This document shows, piece by piece, positions 1-9,693 of a stretch of 32,000 bases of DNA; positions within the stretch are counted from its first letter, which is position 1, and each line of letters begins with the position of its first letter. The translations under genes were made by a program, and so were the position numbers. Under the pieces are notes generated by a model. The model was given only the letters and a program-made list of their open reading frames with translations. It made no database searches and was not told the DNA's origin. The stretch spans positions 1 through 32,000 of the forward strand of contig NZ_LGHJ01000018.1 of assembly GCF_001306055.1 (NCBI RefSeq), in the 5' to 3' direction. The stretch is from Bellilinea caldifistulae (lineage in GTDB: Bacteria > Chloroflexota > Anaerolineae > Anaerolineales > Anaerolineaceae).

Positions 1-134
1 TGATGCCGGGCGACAATGTCAACATGGAAGTGGAATTGATCGTGCCGGTGGCGCTGGAACAGGGTTCGAAATTCGCCATTCGCGAAGGCGGTTTGACCGT
101 CGGCGCGGGTGTGATTACCAAGATTCTGGATTAG
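1..134 (+). CDS. tuf: Elongation factor Tu, C-terminal end (5' part outside window)
   Basis: The frame starting at nt 3 reads [43 protein letters not shown], then TAG at 132-134. This is the conserved EF-Tu domain III terminus, in the canonical position just upstream of rpsJ. It is not in the ORF track because it is open at the window edge. Confidence 0.9.
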   Translation, partial: MPGDNVNMEVELIVPVALEQGSKFAIREGGLTVGAGVITKILD

Positions 135-144
135 GTGTAGCAAG

Positions 145-453
145 ATGGCAAAGCAACGAATTCGTATTCGTCTGAAAGCGTACGACCACCGTGTTCTGGA
201 TCAATCTGCAAAGCGGATTGTCGAAACAGCCGAACGCAGCGGCGCGCAGGTTGTTGGGCCGGTGCCTCTACCTACCCGGATTGAGCGTTTTACGGTTCGG
301 CGTTCGACCTTCATTGATAAGGACTCACACGAGCATTTTGAAGTTCGGACCCACAATCGCTTGATTGATGTGCTCGACCCGGACTCAAAGACGATTGACA
401 TGCTGATGCGGCTCAATTTGCCGGCCGGTGTAGATATCGAGATCAAGATTTGA
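145..453 (+). CDS. rpsJ: 30S ribosomal protein S10
   Basis: [21 protein letters not shown]... is the classic S10 N-terminus. AGGTG lies 7 nt upstream of the ATG. Synteny after tuf. Confidence 0.97.
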   Translation: MAKQRIRIRLKAYDHRVLDQSAKRIVETAERSGAQVVGPVPLPTRIERFTVRRSTFIDKDSHEHFEVRTHNRLIDVLDPDSKTIDMLMRLNLPAGVDIEIKI

Positions 454-509
454 TTTTTTGGGGTGAGAATCGGGCGGGTTACGCCCGCCCGAAAAAATCC
501 CCCGAAAAA
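454..509 (+). promoter_or_regulatory. Extended imperfect stem-loop immediately after the rpsJ stop (attenuator, processing or terminator-like element)
   Basis: Inner 8-bp all-GC stem: CGGGCGGG (471-478) pairs with CCCGCCCG (484-491), loop TTACG. Outer helix: TTTTTTGGGG (454-463) pairs with CCCCGAAAAA (500-509) with one G-U pair. There is no U-tract directly 3' of the stem, so it is not a canonical intrinsic terminator. Confidence 0.4.
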
Positions 510-525
510 GAACATGCACCAACTC

Positions 526-554
526 TGGTCAAATTAAAAAAGTTGGATTATAAT
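526..554 (+). promoter_or_regulatory. Sigma-70-like promoter candidate for the rplC operon
   Basis: TGGTCA (526-531), a 17-nt spacer, then a perfect TATAAT (549-554), inside an A/T-rich patch (AAATTAAAAAAG). It sits about 195 nt upstream of the rplC ATG. Confidence 0.4.
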
Positions 555-747
555 AGTGCGGTTTTGGCGGAAAGGCTGATCTCAGCCAACGCCAACAAAA
601 GGCCGGGTAAGAGTGTCTCTGTGGGCGCAGAACAAAATCCGAACTGACGCAGCAAGGCACTGACTGCCGGGCGGACCGGGATGATGCAGCCAAGCCCAGG
701 CTGACAGTCCTGAAAAAACCTTCGAAAGATTAAGGAGAACAAAAGAG
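555..747 (+). promoter_or_regulatory. Putative structured 5' leader of rplC (possible ribosomal-protein autoregulatory leader)
   Basis: GC-rich non-coding stretch. Nested hairpin: TTGGCG (564-569) pairs with CGCCAA (590-595), enclosing GGCTG (574-578) paired with CAGCC (583-587). Further short GC stems (GGCA/TGCC at 656-668, and a CAGCC/GGCTG stem within about 684-700). The rplC SD AAGGAG lies at about 732-737. Confidence 0.3.
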
Positions 748-1383
748 ATGTTTAAAGGGCTGATCGGGAAGAAAATCGGCATGACCCAGATTTTCGATGA
801 TGCAGGTGTGGCGGTTCCTGTCACAATTATCGAAGCTGGGCCATGCTACGTTACCCAGATAAGACGGCCTGAAAATGACGGCTATTCTGCTGTCCAATTG
901 GGTTATGGGGAAGTTAAGCCGAAGCGTTTGACCGGCGGAGAGCTGGGTCATTTGAAGCGCTCCGGTCTTAATTTGCCTCCGCTGCGTTTTCTGCGCGAGT
1001 TTCGCGCCAAAAACCCTGACGTGAAGGAAGGGGAAACGGTCACCGTCGAAGCGTTTGCCGTTGGTGAGCGTGTGGACGTGGTTGGTACCAGTAAGGGAAA
1101 AGGTTTCCAGGGCGGTGTCAAGCGCTATGGATTCCGTGGTGGTCCGAAGACCCACGGTCAATCGGATCGTCATCGTGCGCCTGGTTCCCGCAGTTCCGGA
1201 ACGACCCCCGGCCGTGTCTTCAAGGGTTCGCGCGGACCCGGTCATATGGGCAATGAGCGTGTGACCGCGCAGCACTTGAAGGTGGTGCTGGTGGATGCCG
1301 AGCGAAACTTGATCGGCGTGTGTGGAGCGGTTCCGGGCCCGCGCGGCGGTTTGGTGATCATCAAAGAGGCGCGCAAGCAGTAA
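748..1383 (+). CDS. rplC: 50S ribosomal protein L3
   Basis: [20 protein letters not shown]... L3 signature; synteny. Confidence 0.97.
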   Translation: MFKGLIGKKIGMTQIFDDAGVAVPVTIIEAGPCYVTQIRRPENDGYSAVQLGYGEVKPKRLTGGELGHLKRSGLNLPPLRFLREFRAKNPDVKEGETVTVEAFAVGERVDVVGTSKGKGFQGGVKRYGFRGGPKTHGQSDRHRAPGSRSSGTTPGRVFKGSRGPGHMGNERVTAQHLKVVLVDAERNLIGVCGAVPGPRGGLVIIKEARKQ

Positions 1384-1425
1384 GATGCATCGCGACTTTA
1401 CCTGGACTGACGGAGCGAAGGAACT

Positions 1426-2052
1426 ATGTTAGTAGATGTCTTCAATATGGAGGGCCAAAAGGTCAAGCAGGTGGAATTGCCTGAAGCGATCTTTGCTGCC
1501 CCAATTAATCTGGACTTGATGCATCAGGCGTATGTACGTCAGATGGCGAACGCACGCCTGGGAACGCACGATACCAAAACCCGTAACGAAGTAGCCGGCG
1601 GCGGACGCAAGCCGTGGCGCCAAAAAGGCACTGGACGGGCGCGGCAGGGTTCCATTCGGGCAGCGCAATGGAAGGGCGGCGGTCGGATTCACACTCCGCA
1701 CCCACACGCTTACACGCTTTCAATGCCGAGAAAAATGCGTCGGGCAGCCTTGCGTTCAGCCCTTTCGGTAAAAGCCTCCGAATCTTCCATCGTGTTGGTG
1801 GATGAGCTGGCTGTGGCTGAACCGAAAACCCGCCTGATGGCAAAGGCCTTGAATACCCTGGTGGGTGATGCCAGCGCACTGGTATTGATCCCGCAGAAAG
1901 ATTCGTACGAGAACGTCATTCTTTCGACGGCGAATCTTCCGGAAACCAAAATTTTACTGGCGTCTTATCTCAACATCCGCGACCTGTTCAAGTTCGATAA
2001 GGTTGTGATGCCATTGGCGGCGCTGGATGTGATTAAGAGCTATTTGGGATAG
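1426..2052 (+). CDS. rplD: 50S ribosomal protein L4
   Basis: 208 aa with ...GGGRKPWRQKGTGRARQGSIRAAQWKGGG... L4 motif; synteny. Confidence 0.96.
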   Translation: MLVDVFNMEGQKVKQVELPEAIFAAPINLDLMHQAYVRQMANARLGTHDTKTRNEVAGGGRKPWRQKGTGRARQGSIRAAQWKGGGRIHTPHPHAYTLSMPRKMRRAALRSALSVKASESSIVLVDELAVAEPKTRLMAKALNTLVGDASALVLIPQKDSYENVILSTANLPETKILLASYLNIRDLFKFDKVVMPLAALDVIKSYLG

Positions 2053-2065
2053 GTAGGAGGTTTAA

Positions 2066-2368
2066 ATGACGACGATTTATGAAGTACTCCGCCGCCCGTT
2101 GGTGACCGAAAAGACCAATTATCAGGTCAACCGCTTGCACCAGTATGTGTTCGAAGTGGCCGAAGATGCCACCAAGACCATGGTGAAGGATGCGGTCGAG
2201 CAGATTTTTGACGTGAAGGTGTTGCGGGTCAACATCATCAATGTACCCGCCAAGCGCACCCGCCGGGCGCGCAGCCGACGCGTTGTGGTGCGTAACCCGG
2301 CTTATAAAAAAGCCGTTGTCACCCTGGCGCCCGAAGACAGAATTCCGATCTTTGAAGGGGTTGAATAA
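2066..2368 (+). CDS. rplW: 50S ribosomal protein L23
   Basis: [17 protein letters not shown]... L23 signature; strong SD AGGAGG upstream. Confidence 0.96.
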   Translation: MTTIYEVLRRPLVTEKTNYQVNRLHQYVFEVAEDATKTMVKDAVEQIFDVKVLRVNIINVPAKRTRRARSRRVVVRNPAYKKAVVTLAPEDRIPIFEGVE

Positions 2369-3204
2369 TGGCGATTAAGATTTACAAACCGGTAACCCCC
2401 GGTCTGCGTGGCATGACCGGTTATACCTTTGAAGAAATTACCAAAACTGTCCCGGAAAGTTCGCTGCTGGTGATTCGCAAAAAACATGCCGGCCGCAACA
2501 ATCAGGGACGGGTGACTGTCCGCCATCAGGGCGGCGGTAACCGCCGTTATATCCGGTTGGTGGACTTCAAACGAAACAAACTGAATGTACCTGCCAAAGT
2601 GGCGGCGATTGAATACGATCCCAATCGGACTGCACGCCTTGCCCTGCTGGTTTATGCGGATGGCGAAAAACGCTACATCCTTTCACCGGTTGGGCTGAAG
2701 GTTGGCGATACCGTCGTGTCGGGTCCGGGTGTGGATATTCGCCCCGGTAACAGTCTGCCCATCTCAAACATCCCGGTCGGTACGATGATTCACAACATTG
2801 AGCTGTATCCGGGGCGGGGCGGTCAGCTGGTGCGCTCGGCAGGGGCTGCAGCGCAGTTGCTGGCAAAGGAAGGCGATTTTGCCCAAATCCGTCTGCCTTC
2901 GGGTGAGGTGCGGCTGGTGCGTCAGGTGTGTTATGCGACGATTGGACAGGTTGGCAATCTTGACCACGGCAATATCAAACTGGGTAAAGCCGGACGTAAA
3001 CGCCACCTGGGCATTCGCCCAACCGTGCGTGGTACGGCCATGTCGCCACGCGACCACCCCCATGGTGGTGGTGAAGGTCGTCAGCCAGTGGGTATGCCCG
3101 GCCCGAAGAGTCCGTGGGGTAAACCCACTCGTGGTTACAAAACCCGCCGCAATAAGACGACGGATAAATACATCGTTCGCCGCCGCAGTGCAGCCAAACG
3201 CTAA
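2368..3204 (+). CDS. rplB: 50S ribosomal protein L2
   Basis: [15 protein letters not shown]... and ...[11 protein letters not shown]... L2 motifs; 1-nt TAATG overlap with rplW. Confidence 0.97.
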   Translation: MAIKIYKPVTPGLRGMTGYTFEEITKTVPESSLLVIRKKHAGRNNQGRVTVRHQGGGNRRYIRLVDFKRNKLNVPAKVAAIEYDPNRTARLALLVYADGEKRYILSPVGLKVGDTVVSGPGVDIRPGNSLPISNIPVGTMIHNIELYPGRGGQLVRSAGAAAQLLAKEGDFAQIRLPSGEVRLVRQVCYATIGQVGNLDHGNIKLGKAGRKRHLGIRPTVRGTAMSPRDHPHGGGEGRQPVGMPGPKSPWGKPTRGYKTRRNKTTDKYIVRRRSAAKR

Positions 3205-3251
3205 GCGGTGTGGTTTGAAGGATTGGTAACACCGAGAAAGAGGGACGAGAT

Positions 3252-3527
3252 ATGTCACGTTCATTGAAAAAGGGCCCGTTTGTAGCCCCGAAACTGTTAA
3301 AGAAAATCGAAATGATGAATGCCCGCGGCGAAAAGAAGGTCATTCGCACGTGGAGTCGGGCAAGCGTCATCTTCCCACAAATGGTGGGACACACCATTGC
3401 CGTCCATGATGGCCGCCGGCATGTGCCGATTTACATCACCGAAAACATGGTCGGCCACCGCCTGGGTGAATTTGCGCCTACCCGCCATTTCCGCGGGCAT
3501 GTGGCGGAAAAATCCTCTAAGAGGTAA
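3252..3527 (+). CDS. rpsS: 30S ribosomal protein S19
   Basis: [18 protein letters not shown]... and ...[28 protein letters not shown]19 motifs. Confidence 0.97.
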   Translation: MSRSLKKGPFVAPKLLKKIEMMNARGEKKVIRTWSRASVIFPQMVGHTIAVHDGRRHVPIYITENMVGHRLGEFAPTRHFRGHVAEKSSKR

Positions 3528-3533
3528 GTCGCA

Positions 3534-3875
3534 ATGGCAAACGATATTCGAGCCAAGTTGAGTTATTGTCCGGTATCCGCCCAGAAAGTGCGTCTGGTGA
3601 TTGACCTGGTGCGCGGGCGGCCGGCGGTTGAAGCGCTGGACACGCTCAAGTTCGTCAACAAAGGCGCGGCAGGGCCTGTCCGCAAACTGTTGGCTTCAGC
3701 AGTTGCCAACGCCGAGGAGAACTTTGGAATTGACCGCAACAACCTGTTTGTTTATCAGATTGTGGCGGATGAAGCCCCAACGCGCAAGTGGCGACGGTTT
3801 GGCGCGCGGGGTCGGTTCAAGCCGATCCTCAAACGCGCTTCGCATGTGACTGTGGTTTTGCGGGAGCGTGAATAA
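3534..3875 (+). CDS. rplV: 50S ribosomal protein L22
   Basis: 113 aa, ...PVSAQKVRLVIDLVRG... L22 signature; synteny. Confidence 0.95.
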   Translation: MANDIRAKLSYCPVSAQKVRLVIDLVRGRPAVEALDTLKFVNKGAAGPVRKLLASAVANAEENFGIDRNNLFVYQIVADEAPTRKWRRFGARGRFKPILKRASHVTVVLRERE

Positions 3876-3939
3876 GGTGATTTTGGTCCGGCGTGCCTGA
3901 CTTCAACCGGCAGCCGGCAAGGAGAAACCAGGAGAAATT

Positions 3940-4617
3940 ATGGGTCGAAAAGTTCATCCAATTGGATTTCGTCTGGGCGTCCACCAACCGTGGGAAGGTC
4001 GCTGGTACGCTGATGGCAGTGAGTACACCGAACAACTGCATCAAGACTTTGAAATCCGCAAAATGATCTTCGCGGATGCTGACCGGGCAGCCATTTCGAA
4101 AGTTGAAATTGAACGTTTCCCCGGCAAGGTCAAGGTGATTGTTCATACGGCCAAACCCGGCATTCTGATTGGGCGCAAGGGTGAAACCGTCAAGAAAATT
4201 CGCCAGGATCTGGAAGCCCTGACCAAGAAAAAGATTGATCTGGAAATCAAAGAGATCAAACTGCCTGATTGTGATGCCTATCTGGTGGCGCAGAACATTG
4301 CCGGTCAAATTGAACGGCGTGTGGCCTACCGCCGCGCCATGAAACGTGCCTTACAGCAGGCAATCCGTCAGGGCGCTCAGGGAATCAAAATTGAGGTGGC
4401 TGGCCGTTTGAGCGGCGCCGAAATGGCGCGCAGTGTCTGGCTGCGTGAAGGAAGAGTGCCTCTGCAAACCATTCGCGCGGATATTGACTTTGCCCGAGCG
4501 GAAGCGCTGACCACCTACGGACAAATCGGCGTCAAGGTTTGGATTTACAAGGGTGAAGTTTTGCCTCGCGAAGAGGAAAAAGCAGAAGTCACCGAAGGTG
4601 TCTATATCAGCGAGTAA
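3940..4617 (+). CDS. rpsC: 30S ribosomal protein S3
   Basis: [14 protein letters not shown]... S3 signature with KH-domain GRKGE motif. Confidence 0.97.
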   Translation: MGRKVHPIGFRLGVHQPWEGRWYADGSEYTEQLHQDFEIRKMIFADADRAAISKVEIERFPGKVKVIVHTAKPGILIGRKGETVKKIRQDLEALTKKKIDLEIKEIKLPDCDAYLVAQNIAGQIERRVAYRRAMKRALQQAIRQGAQGIKIEVAGRLSGAEMARSVWLREGRVPLQTIRADIDFARAEALTTYGQIGVKVWIYKGEVLPREEEKAEVTEGVYISE

Positions 4618-4664
4618 TCCTGGGCTGGGTTGTCCCCAGACGGAATGAAGAGAGGTAAGCAATT

Positions 4665-5096
4665 ATGTTGATGCCAAAACGTGTCAAATGGCGCAAGCAG
4701 CAACGCGGACGCATGAAGGGAAAAGCCCTGCGTGGAGCGGAATTGATCTACGGTGAGTTCGGTCTGCAAGCACTCGAACCCGGTTGGGTTACCGCCCGGC
4801 AAATTGAGGCCGCCCGACGTGCGCTGGTGCGCTCAATGCGCCGGCGAGGAAAAGTGTGGATTCGCATCTTTCCCGATAAACCCTACACCCAAAAACCCCC
4901 CGAAACACGCATGGGTAAGGGGAAGGGTAATGTGGAATACTGGGTGGCGGTTGTCCGCCCGGGCAGAATCATGTTCGAACTGGGCGGGCTTCCCGCGGAT
5001 GTTGCGGTACAGGCTCTGCGCCAGGCTTCTTACAAGTTTGCGATCAAGACGAAGGTCGTGGCTCGTCACGAATCGGCGACAGGAGAAGCAGCATGA
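4665..5096 (+). CDS. rplP: 50S ribosomal protein L16
   Basis: [19 protein letters not shown]... L16 signature. Confidence 0.97.
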   Translation: MLMPKRVKWRKQQRGRMKGKALRGAELIYGEFGLQALEPGWVTARQIEAARRALVRSMRRRGKVWIRIFPDKPYTQKPPETRMGKGKGNVEYWVAVVRPGRIMFELGGLPADVAVQALRQASYKFAIKTKVVARHESATGEAA

Positions 5097-5305
5097 AAAC
5101 CGAACAGATTCGACTGATGTCCACAGAGGAGTTGAAAGCCAAGCTGGCAGATGCCCGCCAGGAACTGATGAATTTGCGCTTTCAAATCGTTACCGGTCAA
5201 CTGACAGATACCAGCCGGCTTAAGCAAACCCGCCGCCTGATTGCGCGCTACATGACCATTCTGCGCGAGCGGGAACTTTCTCAGCAACGGGAAGGTGAAA
5301 AATGA
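5093..5305 (+). CDS. rpmC: 50S ribosomal protein L29
   Basis: 70 aa, ...[19 protein letters not shown]... L29 signature; ATGA overlaps on both sides. Confidence 0.95.
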   Translation: MKTEQIRLMSTEELKAKLADARQELMNLRFQIVTGQLTDTSRLKQTRRLIARYMTILRERELSQQREGEK

Positions 5306-5583
5306 ACACACGGCGACGTTTAACCGGTGTTGTCACCAGTAATAAAATGCAAAAAACGGTAGTCGTAAAAGTGACCCGAACCTACCAGCATCCGCTCTAC
5401 AAAAAAGTGGTTCACGCTTCCATGAAGTTAAAAGCGCATGATGAATTGGGGTGTGAAATTGGCGACGAAGTGCTGGTAGTGGAAAGCAGACCCATCTCGC
5501 GCGACAAACGCTGGGTGGTTCAATCCATCCTCAAACGCCAGGGGCAACCGATGGAGGAATTGCCCGCGGAGGAAGGAGCGTAA
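5302..5583 (+). CDS. rpsQ: 30S ribosomal protein S17
   Basis: ...LTGVVTSNKMQKTVVVKV...YKK...H.H.E S17 pattern; synteny. Confidence 0.95.
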   Translation: MNTRRRLTGVVTSNKMQKTVVVKVTRTYQHPLYKKVVHASMKLKAHDELGCEIGDEVLVVESRPISRDKRWVVQSILKRQGQPMEELPAEEGA

Positions 5584-5586
5584 AGG

Positions 5587-5958
5587 ATGATTCAGCATGA
5601 AACCCGACTTAAAGTTGCCGATAACACAGGCGCACGCGAGCTGTTGGTCATCCATGTGATGGGCGGCTCAACCCGGCGCTATGGGCGTGTGGGTGACATT
5701 GTGGTTGCCACGGTGAAGTCCGCTTCACCGCAGGGCTCGGTCAAGAAGAGCGATATCGTCAAGGCAGTAATTGTGCGCTGCGCCAAAGAATGGCGGCGGG
5801 AGGATGGTTCAACCATCCGCTTCGATGATAACGCAGCCGTCATTCTGGATAACGATGGCCAGAACCCCAAAGGCACCCGGATTTTTGGCCCTGTGGCTCG
5901 CGAATTGCGTGAAAAAGGCTTTATGAAGATCGTTTCGCTTGCGCCGGAAGTGATCTAA
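5587..5958 (+). CDS. rplN: 50S ribosomal protein L14
   Basis: [18 protein letters not shown]... L14 signature. Confidence 0.97.
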   Translation: MIQHETRLKVADNTGARELLVIHVMGGSTRRYGRVGDIVVATVKSASPQGSVKKSDIVKAVIVRCAKEWRREDGSTIRFDDNAAVILDNDGQNPKGTRIFGPVARELREKGFMKIVSLAPEVI

Positions 5959-5981
5959 TGCAAGGAAACAGGAGCGAAGCC

Positions 5982-6317
5982 ATGAAGATGAAGATTCGTA
6001 AAGGGGATACGGTCGAAGTGATAAGCGGCCGCTTTGAAGATAGAGGAAAACGCGGCGAGATCATTCGGGTATTGCCCAAGGAAAATCGGGTGGTGGTGCA
6101 GGGAGTCAACTTGCGCACCAAGCATCAGCGTCAGGTACAGGCTCAGGGACGCAACATTTCGCCCGGCAAAATCCGCTTTGAGGCACCCATTGATCTTTCC
6201 AACGTGATGCTGGTTTGCCCGAAGTGCGGCAAAGCCACACGGGTGGGAGTTTCCCGCGGCGAAGATGGCAAAGCATTGCGGGTTTGCAAAAAATGCGACG
6301 CCGCCATAGACGAATAA
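5982..6317 (+). CDS. rplX: 50S ribosomal protein L24 (variant with C-terminal CxxC...CxxC)
   Basis: [16 protein letters not shown]... KOW motif. I chose ATG 5982 (GGAG at 5971-5974, 7-nt spacing) rather than the track start 5958, which overlaps the rplN stop. CPKC and CKKC lie near the C-terminus. Confidence 0.9.
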   Translation: MKMKIRKGDTVEVISGRFEDRGKRGEIIRVLPKENRVVVQGVNLRTKHQRQVQAQGRNISPGKIRFEAPIDLSNVMLVCPKCGKATRVGVSRGEDGKALRVCKKCDAAIDE

Positions 6318-6336
6318 GCCATCGGGGAGCGAGTCA

Positions 6337-6879
6337 ATGAACATATTGAAGGAAAAATATCAAAAAGAAGTGGTGCCGACATTGATGAAGGAGTTGGGGC
6401 TTCACAATGTCATGCAGGTACCCCGCATTACCAAAGTGGTCGTCAACATTGGCCTGGGCGAAGCGCTGGATAATCCCAAAGCACTGGAAGCCGCCAGTGG
6501 TGATCTGGCAAAAATTACCGGCCAGAAACCGGTCATTACCAAGGCCCGTAAGAGTATTGCGGCTTTCAAACTGCGTGAAGGGCGCGCCATCGGCACAATG
6601 GTCACCCTGCGCGGGGAGCGAATGTGGTCATTCCTTGACCGTTTGATGAACATTGTGCTCCCGCGGGTGCGTGATTTTCGGGGTGTCTCGGCTGAGGCCT
6701 TTGATGGACGCGGAAATTACACGCTGGGTTTACGGGAACAGATCATCTTCCCGGAAATCGAATACGACAAGGTGGATAAGGTGCGCGGTATGGAAATTAC
6801 CATTGTAACCACAGCGCCGACCGATGATCAGGCTGTCAAATTGCTGCAATTGCTTGGGATGCCTTTCAGGAAGGATTAG
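6337..6879 (+). CDS. rplE: 50S ribosomal protein L5
   Basis: [21 protein letters not shown]... L5 signature; synteny. Confidence 0.97.
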   Translation: MNILKEKYQKEVVPTLMKELGLHNVMQVPRITKVVVNIGLGEALDNPKALEAASGDLAKITGQKPVITKARKSIAAFKLREGRAIGTMVTLRGERMWSFLDRLMNIVLPRVRDFRGVSAEAFDGRGNYTLGLREQIIFPEIEYDKVDKVRGMEITIVTTAPTDDQAVKLLQLLGMPFRKD

Positions 6880-6880
6880 T

Positions 6881-7063
6881 ATGGCAAAGAAATGTATGAT
6901 GTATCGTGAACAACGCCGCAAGTACGCCGTTCAGGTGCGTAATCGTTGCAAACGTTGTGGACGCCCGCGAGGTTACCTGCGTCGTTTTGGGCTGTGCCGA
7001 ATTTGCTTCCGGGAGCTCGCTCTTGAAGGGAAGATCCCCGGCGTAACCAAGTCATCCTGGTAG
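6881..7063 (+). CDS. rpsN: 30S ribosomal protein S14 type Z (zinc-binding short form)
   Basis: [60 protein letters not shown], 60 aa, with two CxxC pairs. The true ATG at 6881 directly follows the rplE stop. The track ORF start at 6824 lies inside rplE and is rejected. Confidence 0.93.
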   Translation: MAKKCMMYREQRRKYAVQVRNRCKRCGRPRGYLRRFGLCRICFRELALEGKIPGVTKSSW

Positions 7064-7082
7064 TTCCAGGCCGGAGGTAGGC

Positions 7083-7496
7083 ATGAGTGTGAATGATCCA
7101 ATTGCTGATATGTTAACCCGCATGCGCAACGCCATCATGAACGGTCAGGTGGTGGTTGCCATGCCAAGCACCAAACTCAAAGCAGAAATTGCCCGGGTTT
7201 TGAAGGAAGAGGGTTTTATCGAATCCTACGAAGTGGTGAGCGGTGAAAAACCTCACGAACAAACCCTGCGCATTCGCTTGAAGTACGTGGGCGAACGCCG
7301 CCAGCGCCGCCCGGTAATTACCGGGTTGGAGCGGGTCAGCCGCCCGGGCCGACGCATCTACACCCGTAAACAGGATATTCCCTGGGTGCTTTCTGGTTTA
7401 GGTGTTGCCATTCTTTCCACGCCCAAGGGTGTGATGACCGGACAGCGTGCCCGTCAACTCAATGTTGGCGGCGAAATCCTGTGCAAGGTCTGGTAG
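7083..7496 (+). CDS. rpsH: 30S ribosomal protein S8
   Basis: [17 protein letters not shown]... S8 signature. Confidence 0.97.
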   Translation: MSVNDPIADMLTRMRNAIMNGQVVVAMPSTKLKAEIARVLKEEGFIESYEVVSGEKPHEQTLRIRLKYVGERRQRRPVITGLERVSRPGRRIYTRKQDIPWVLSGLGVAILSTPKGVMTGQRARQLNVGGEILCKVW

Positions 7497-7525
7497 GCCG
7501 GAAAGCGTAAAGGAGGTATATAGAC

Positions 7526-8074
7526 GTGTCTCGTATTGGTCGCTTACCGGTGGTCGTTCCTGCAAACGTTCAGGTGACGGTGGATGGTTCTTCGGTGCAT
7601 ATCAAAGGCCCGAAGGGTGAACTGCAACGCGAGTTTTCGCCGGTGATCTCCATTAAGTTCGAAAATGGACAAATCGCCGTTAGCCGTTCATCTGAGGAAC
7701 CGCAAGTCCGGGCGCTGCATGGAATGACCCGAGCATTAATCCAGAATATGGTAACCGGTGTCAGCGAAGGTTTTACCAAAGTGCTGGAAATTGATGGCGT
7801 GGGTTATCGCGCCGAGATGGAAGGACAAAACCTGAAGCTGTTTGTGGGGTATTCCCACCCGGTGATTGTTGAACCCCCGGCAGGTATCTCGTTTGATGTG
7901 GATACCAAAACCCGTCAGATCAAGGTGATGGGATACAACCGGGAGTTGGTGGGGCAGGTTGCTGCCGATATCCGTAAAATTCGACCACCCGAACCCTACC
8001 ATGGGAAAGGGATTCACTATCTTGGTGAAAAAATCCGCCGAAAAGCCGGCAAAGCCGGTAAAGGCAAGAAATAG
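7526..8074 (+). CDS. rplF: 50S ribosomal protein L6
   Basis: (GTG)SRIGRLPVVVPANVQVTVDGSSVHIKGPKGEL... L6 signature; AAGGAGG upstream. Confidence 0.96.
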   Translation: MSRIGRLPVVVPANVQVTVDGSSVHIKGPKGELQREFSPVISIKFENGQIAVSRSSEEPQVRALHGMTRALIQNMVTGVSEGFTKVLEIDGVGYRAEMEGQNLKLFVGYSHPVIVEPPAGISFDVDTKTRQIKVMGYNRELVGQVAADIRKIRPPEPYHGKGIHYLGEKIRRKAGKAGKGKK

Positions 8075-8084
8075 GTGAGTGCTC

Positions 8085-8450
8085 ATGGCTAAATTAAGTC
8101 GTTCTGAAGCGAGAATTCGCCGCCATCGTCGCGTGCGCAAGCATGTCAGCGGCACGCCGGATCGTCCGCGTCTGGCAGTTTTCCGCAGCCTGGCCGAAAC
8201 CTATGCACAGGTGATTGATGATGAAGCCGGGCACACGCTGGCAGCAGCATCCACAATTGATCACGAATTACGCGGCAAGGTGGAGGGTAAAACCAAAACC
8301 GAACAAGCCCGTCTGGTGGGTGAACTGGTTGCCAGGCGCGCCAAAGAAAAAGGCATCACCCGTGTGGTGTTCGACCGGGGCGGTTTCCGCTATATCGGCC
8401 GCGTAAAGGCGCTGGCTGAAGCTGCCCGTGAGTCTGGCCTGGAATTCTAG
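8085..8450 (+). CDS. rplR: 50S ribosomal protein L18
   Basis: [20 protein letters not shown]... L18 signature. ATG 8085 is preferred over the GTG at 8079, which sits within the SD-like AGGTGAG. Confidence 0.93.
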   Translation: MAKLSRSEARIRRHRRVRKHVSGTPDRPRLAVFRSLAETYAQVIDDEAGHTLAAASTIDHELRGKVEGKTKTEQARLVGELVARRAKEKGITRVVFDRGGFRYIGRVKALAEAARESGLEF

Positions 8451-8482
8451 GCTGAACAGGAAGCAACGAAAGAGGCCTGACT

Positions 8483-9013
8483 ATGGAGATGATGGATTAC
8501 TCAACTTACGAACAGCAATACGATGAGCGTGTGATTGAAATTGCCCGCGTGGCAAAAGTTGTCAAGGGTGGCCGCCGCTTCCAATTCCGCGTGACGGTAG
8601 TGGCTGGCGACAACCATGGAAATGTCGGTTTGGGCGTTGGGAAAGCCAACGCCGTGCCGGATGCTATGCGTAAAGCCACCGAACGCGCTCATAAAAATTT
8701 GCGGCCTGTGCCGATGGTTGGCACGACCATCCCGCATGAGGTCGTTGGAAAGACATCCGGGGCGAAAGTGCTGCTGAAACCGGCTTCAGCCGGAACGGGT
8801 GTGATCGCTGCGGGCGGCGTGCGCGCGGTGTTGGAAGCGGCTGGCATTCGCGACATTCTGACCAAATCAATGGGCAGTGCCAATGTTTTGAATGTGGTTA
8901 AGGCCACATTTGATGCACTGAGCCAGTTGAAATCGCCCGAAGAAGAGGCAGCAAAACGCGGCAAGCCCGCTAAAGAATTGCTGCCCTTCTGGGAACGGAG
9001 GAAGAATGGCTGA
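8483..9013 (+). CDS. rpsE: 30S ribosomal protein S5
   Basis: ...[23 protein letters not shown]... S5 signature. Confidence 0.95.
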   Translation: MEMMDYSTYEQQYDERVIEIARVAKVVKGGRRFQFRVTVVAGDNHGNVGLGVGKANAVPDAMRKATERAHKNLRPVPMVGTTIPHEVVGKTSGAKVLLKPASAGTGVIAAGGVRAVLEAAGIRDILTKSMGSANVLNVVKATFDALSQLKSPEEEAAKRGKPAKELLPFWERRKNG

Positions 9014-9215
9014 GAAAAAGCAATCTCCCAAGATGCTGCGCATCACATGGGTGAAAAGCGCAATCGGTTATTCGGAGCAGCATAAAGCGACCATTCGCGC
9101 GCTGGGTCTGCGACGTCTCAACCAGACGGTGATCCATGAGGATACGCCGACCCTGCGGGGAATGCTGCGAAAAGTCAATCATCTTGTCAAAATCGAAGAG
9201 CAGGTAGAGCAATGA
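9006..9215 (+). CDS. rpmD: 50S ribosomal protein L30
   Basis: ...[32 protein letters not shown]... L30 signature; GGAGGA SD; overlaps rpsE by 8 nt. Confidence 0.93.
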   Translation: MAEKKQSPKMLRITWVKSAIGYSEQHKATIRALGLRRLNQTVIHEDTPTLRGMLRKVNHLVKIEEQVEQ

Positions 9216-9667
9216 AATTGAATGATCTGAAGCCAAACGAAGGCGCCAGAAAAGACCGCAAACGCGTTGGGCGGGGTATTTCCGCCGGTAAAGGCAAAAC
9301 CAGCGGCCGCGGTACCAAAGGCCAGGGCTCCCGCTCCGGGGAGGGCGGCCACCTGTACCGTCAGGGCGGTAACCTCCCGTTCTACCGTCGGCTGCCGTTC
9401 ATGCGCGGTGAGGGCTTTACCCCTCCTGTGCAGGTTGAATACAACGAAGTCAACCTGAGTCAACTGGCTGCAAAGTTTGAAGCCAACATGGAAGTCAATC
9501 CACAAACGCTGGCTGAAAAGAATTTGCTTCATAAACCCAATAACCCGGTTGTCATTCTCGGCAACGGCGACCTGAACATCCCGCTCAAAGTGCGGGTGCA
9601 GCGGGTGAGCAAAGGGGCAAAATCTAAAATTGAAGCAGCCGGCGGCTCGGTGGAAATCATCGCCTGA
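9212..9667 (+). CDS. rplO: 50S ribosomal protein L15
   Basis: [34 protein letters not shown]... L15 signature; ATGA overlap with rpmD. Confidence 0.96.
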   Translation: MKLNDLKPNEGARKDRKRVGRGISAGKGKTSGRGTKGQGSRSGEGGHLYRQGGNLPFYRRLPFMRGEGFTPPVQVEYNEVNLSQLAAKFEANMEVNPQTLAEKNLLHKPNNPVVILGNGDLNIPLKVRVQRVSKGAKSKIEAAGGSVEIIA

Positions 9668-9693
9668 AGGGCTGTAGTTAAGGAGACCAACGC

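Noticed and set aside
454-509. Reading the post-rpsJ hairpin as a canonical Rho-independent terminator
   Set aside because: On the + strand the stem is followed by an A-run rather than a U-tract. On the - strand the T-run is separated from the inner stem by a 7-nt loop. I kept it only as a stable stem-loop of unknown role.
450-647. 65-aa ORF ([16 protein letters not shown]...) filling part of the rpsJ-rplC spacer
   Set aside because: It starts inside the rpsJ stop region and has no SD. It runs through the GC hairpin and the promoter-like element, and its composition is low-complexity and basic. It looks like a chance ORF in a non-coding leader.
730-1275. Long antisense or alternate-frame ORFs inside conserved genes (730-1275 -, 9179-9709 -, 10356-11027 +, 10447-11142 -, 13368-13934 -, 16492-16947 -, 27966-28502 -, and others)
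   Set aside because: Each lies entirely within a strongly recognisable gene (rplC, rplO/secY, secY, rpsK/rpsD, rplM, nuoL/nuoM). Their translations are Arg/Pro/Gly-rich shadow sequences typical of GC-rich DNA, with no motifs.
5958-7063. N-terminal extensions proposed by the ORF track for rplX (5958), rpsN (6824), rplR (8079) and rplM (16495)
   Set aside because: The extensions overlap upstream genes or SD sequences and add non-conserved residues ahead of canonical N-termini. Internal starts with proper SD spacing fit better. The rplM start remains uncertain.
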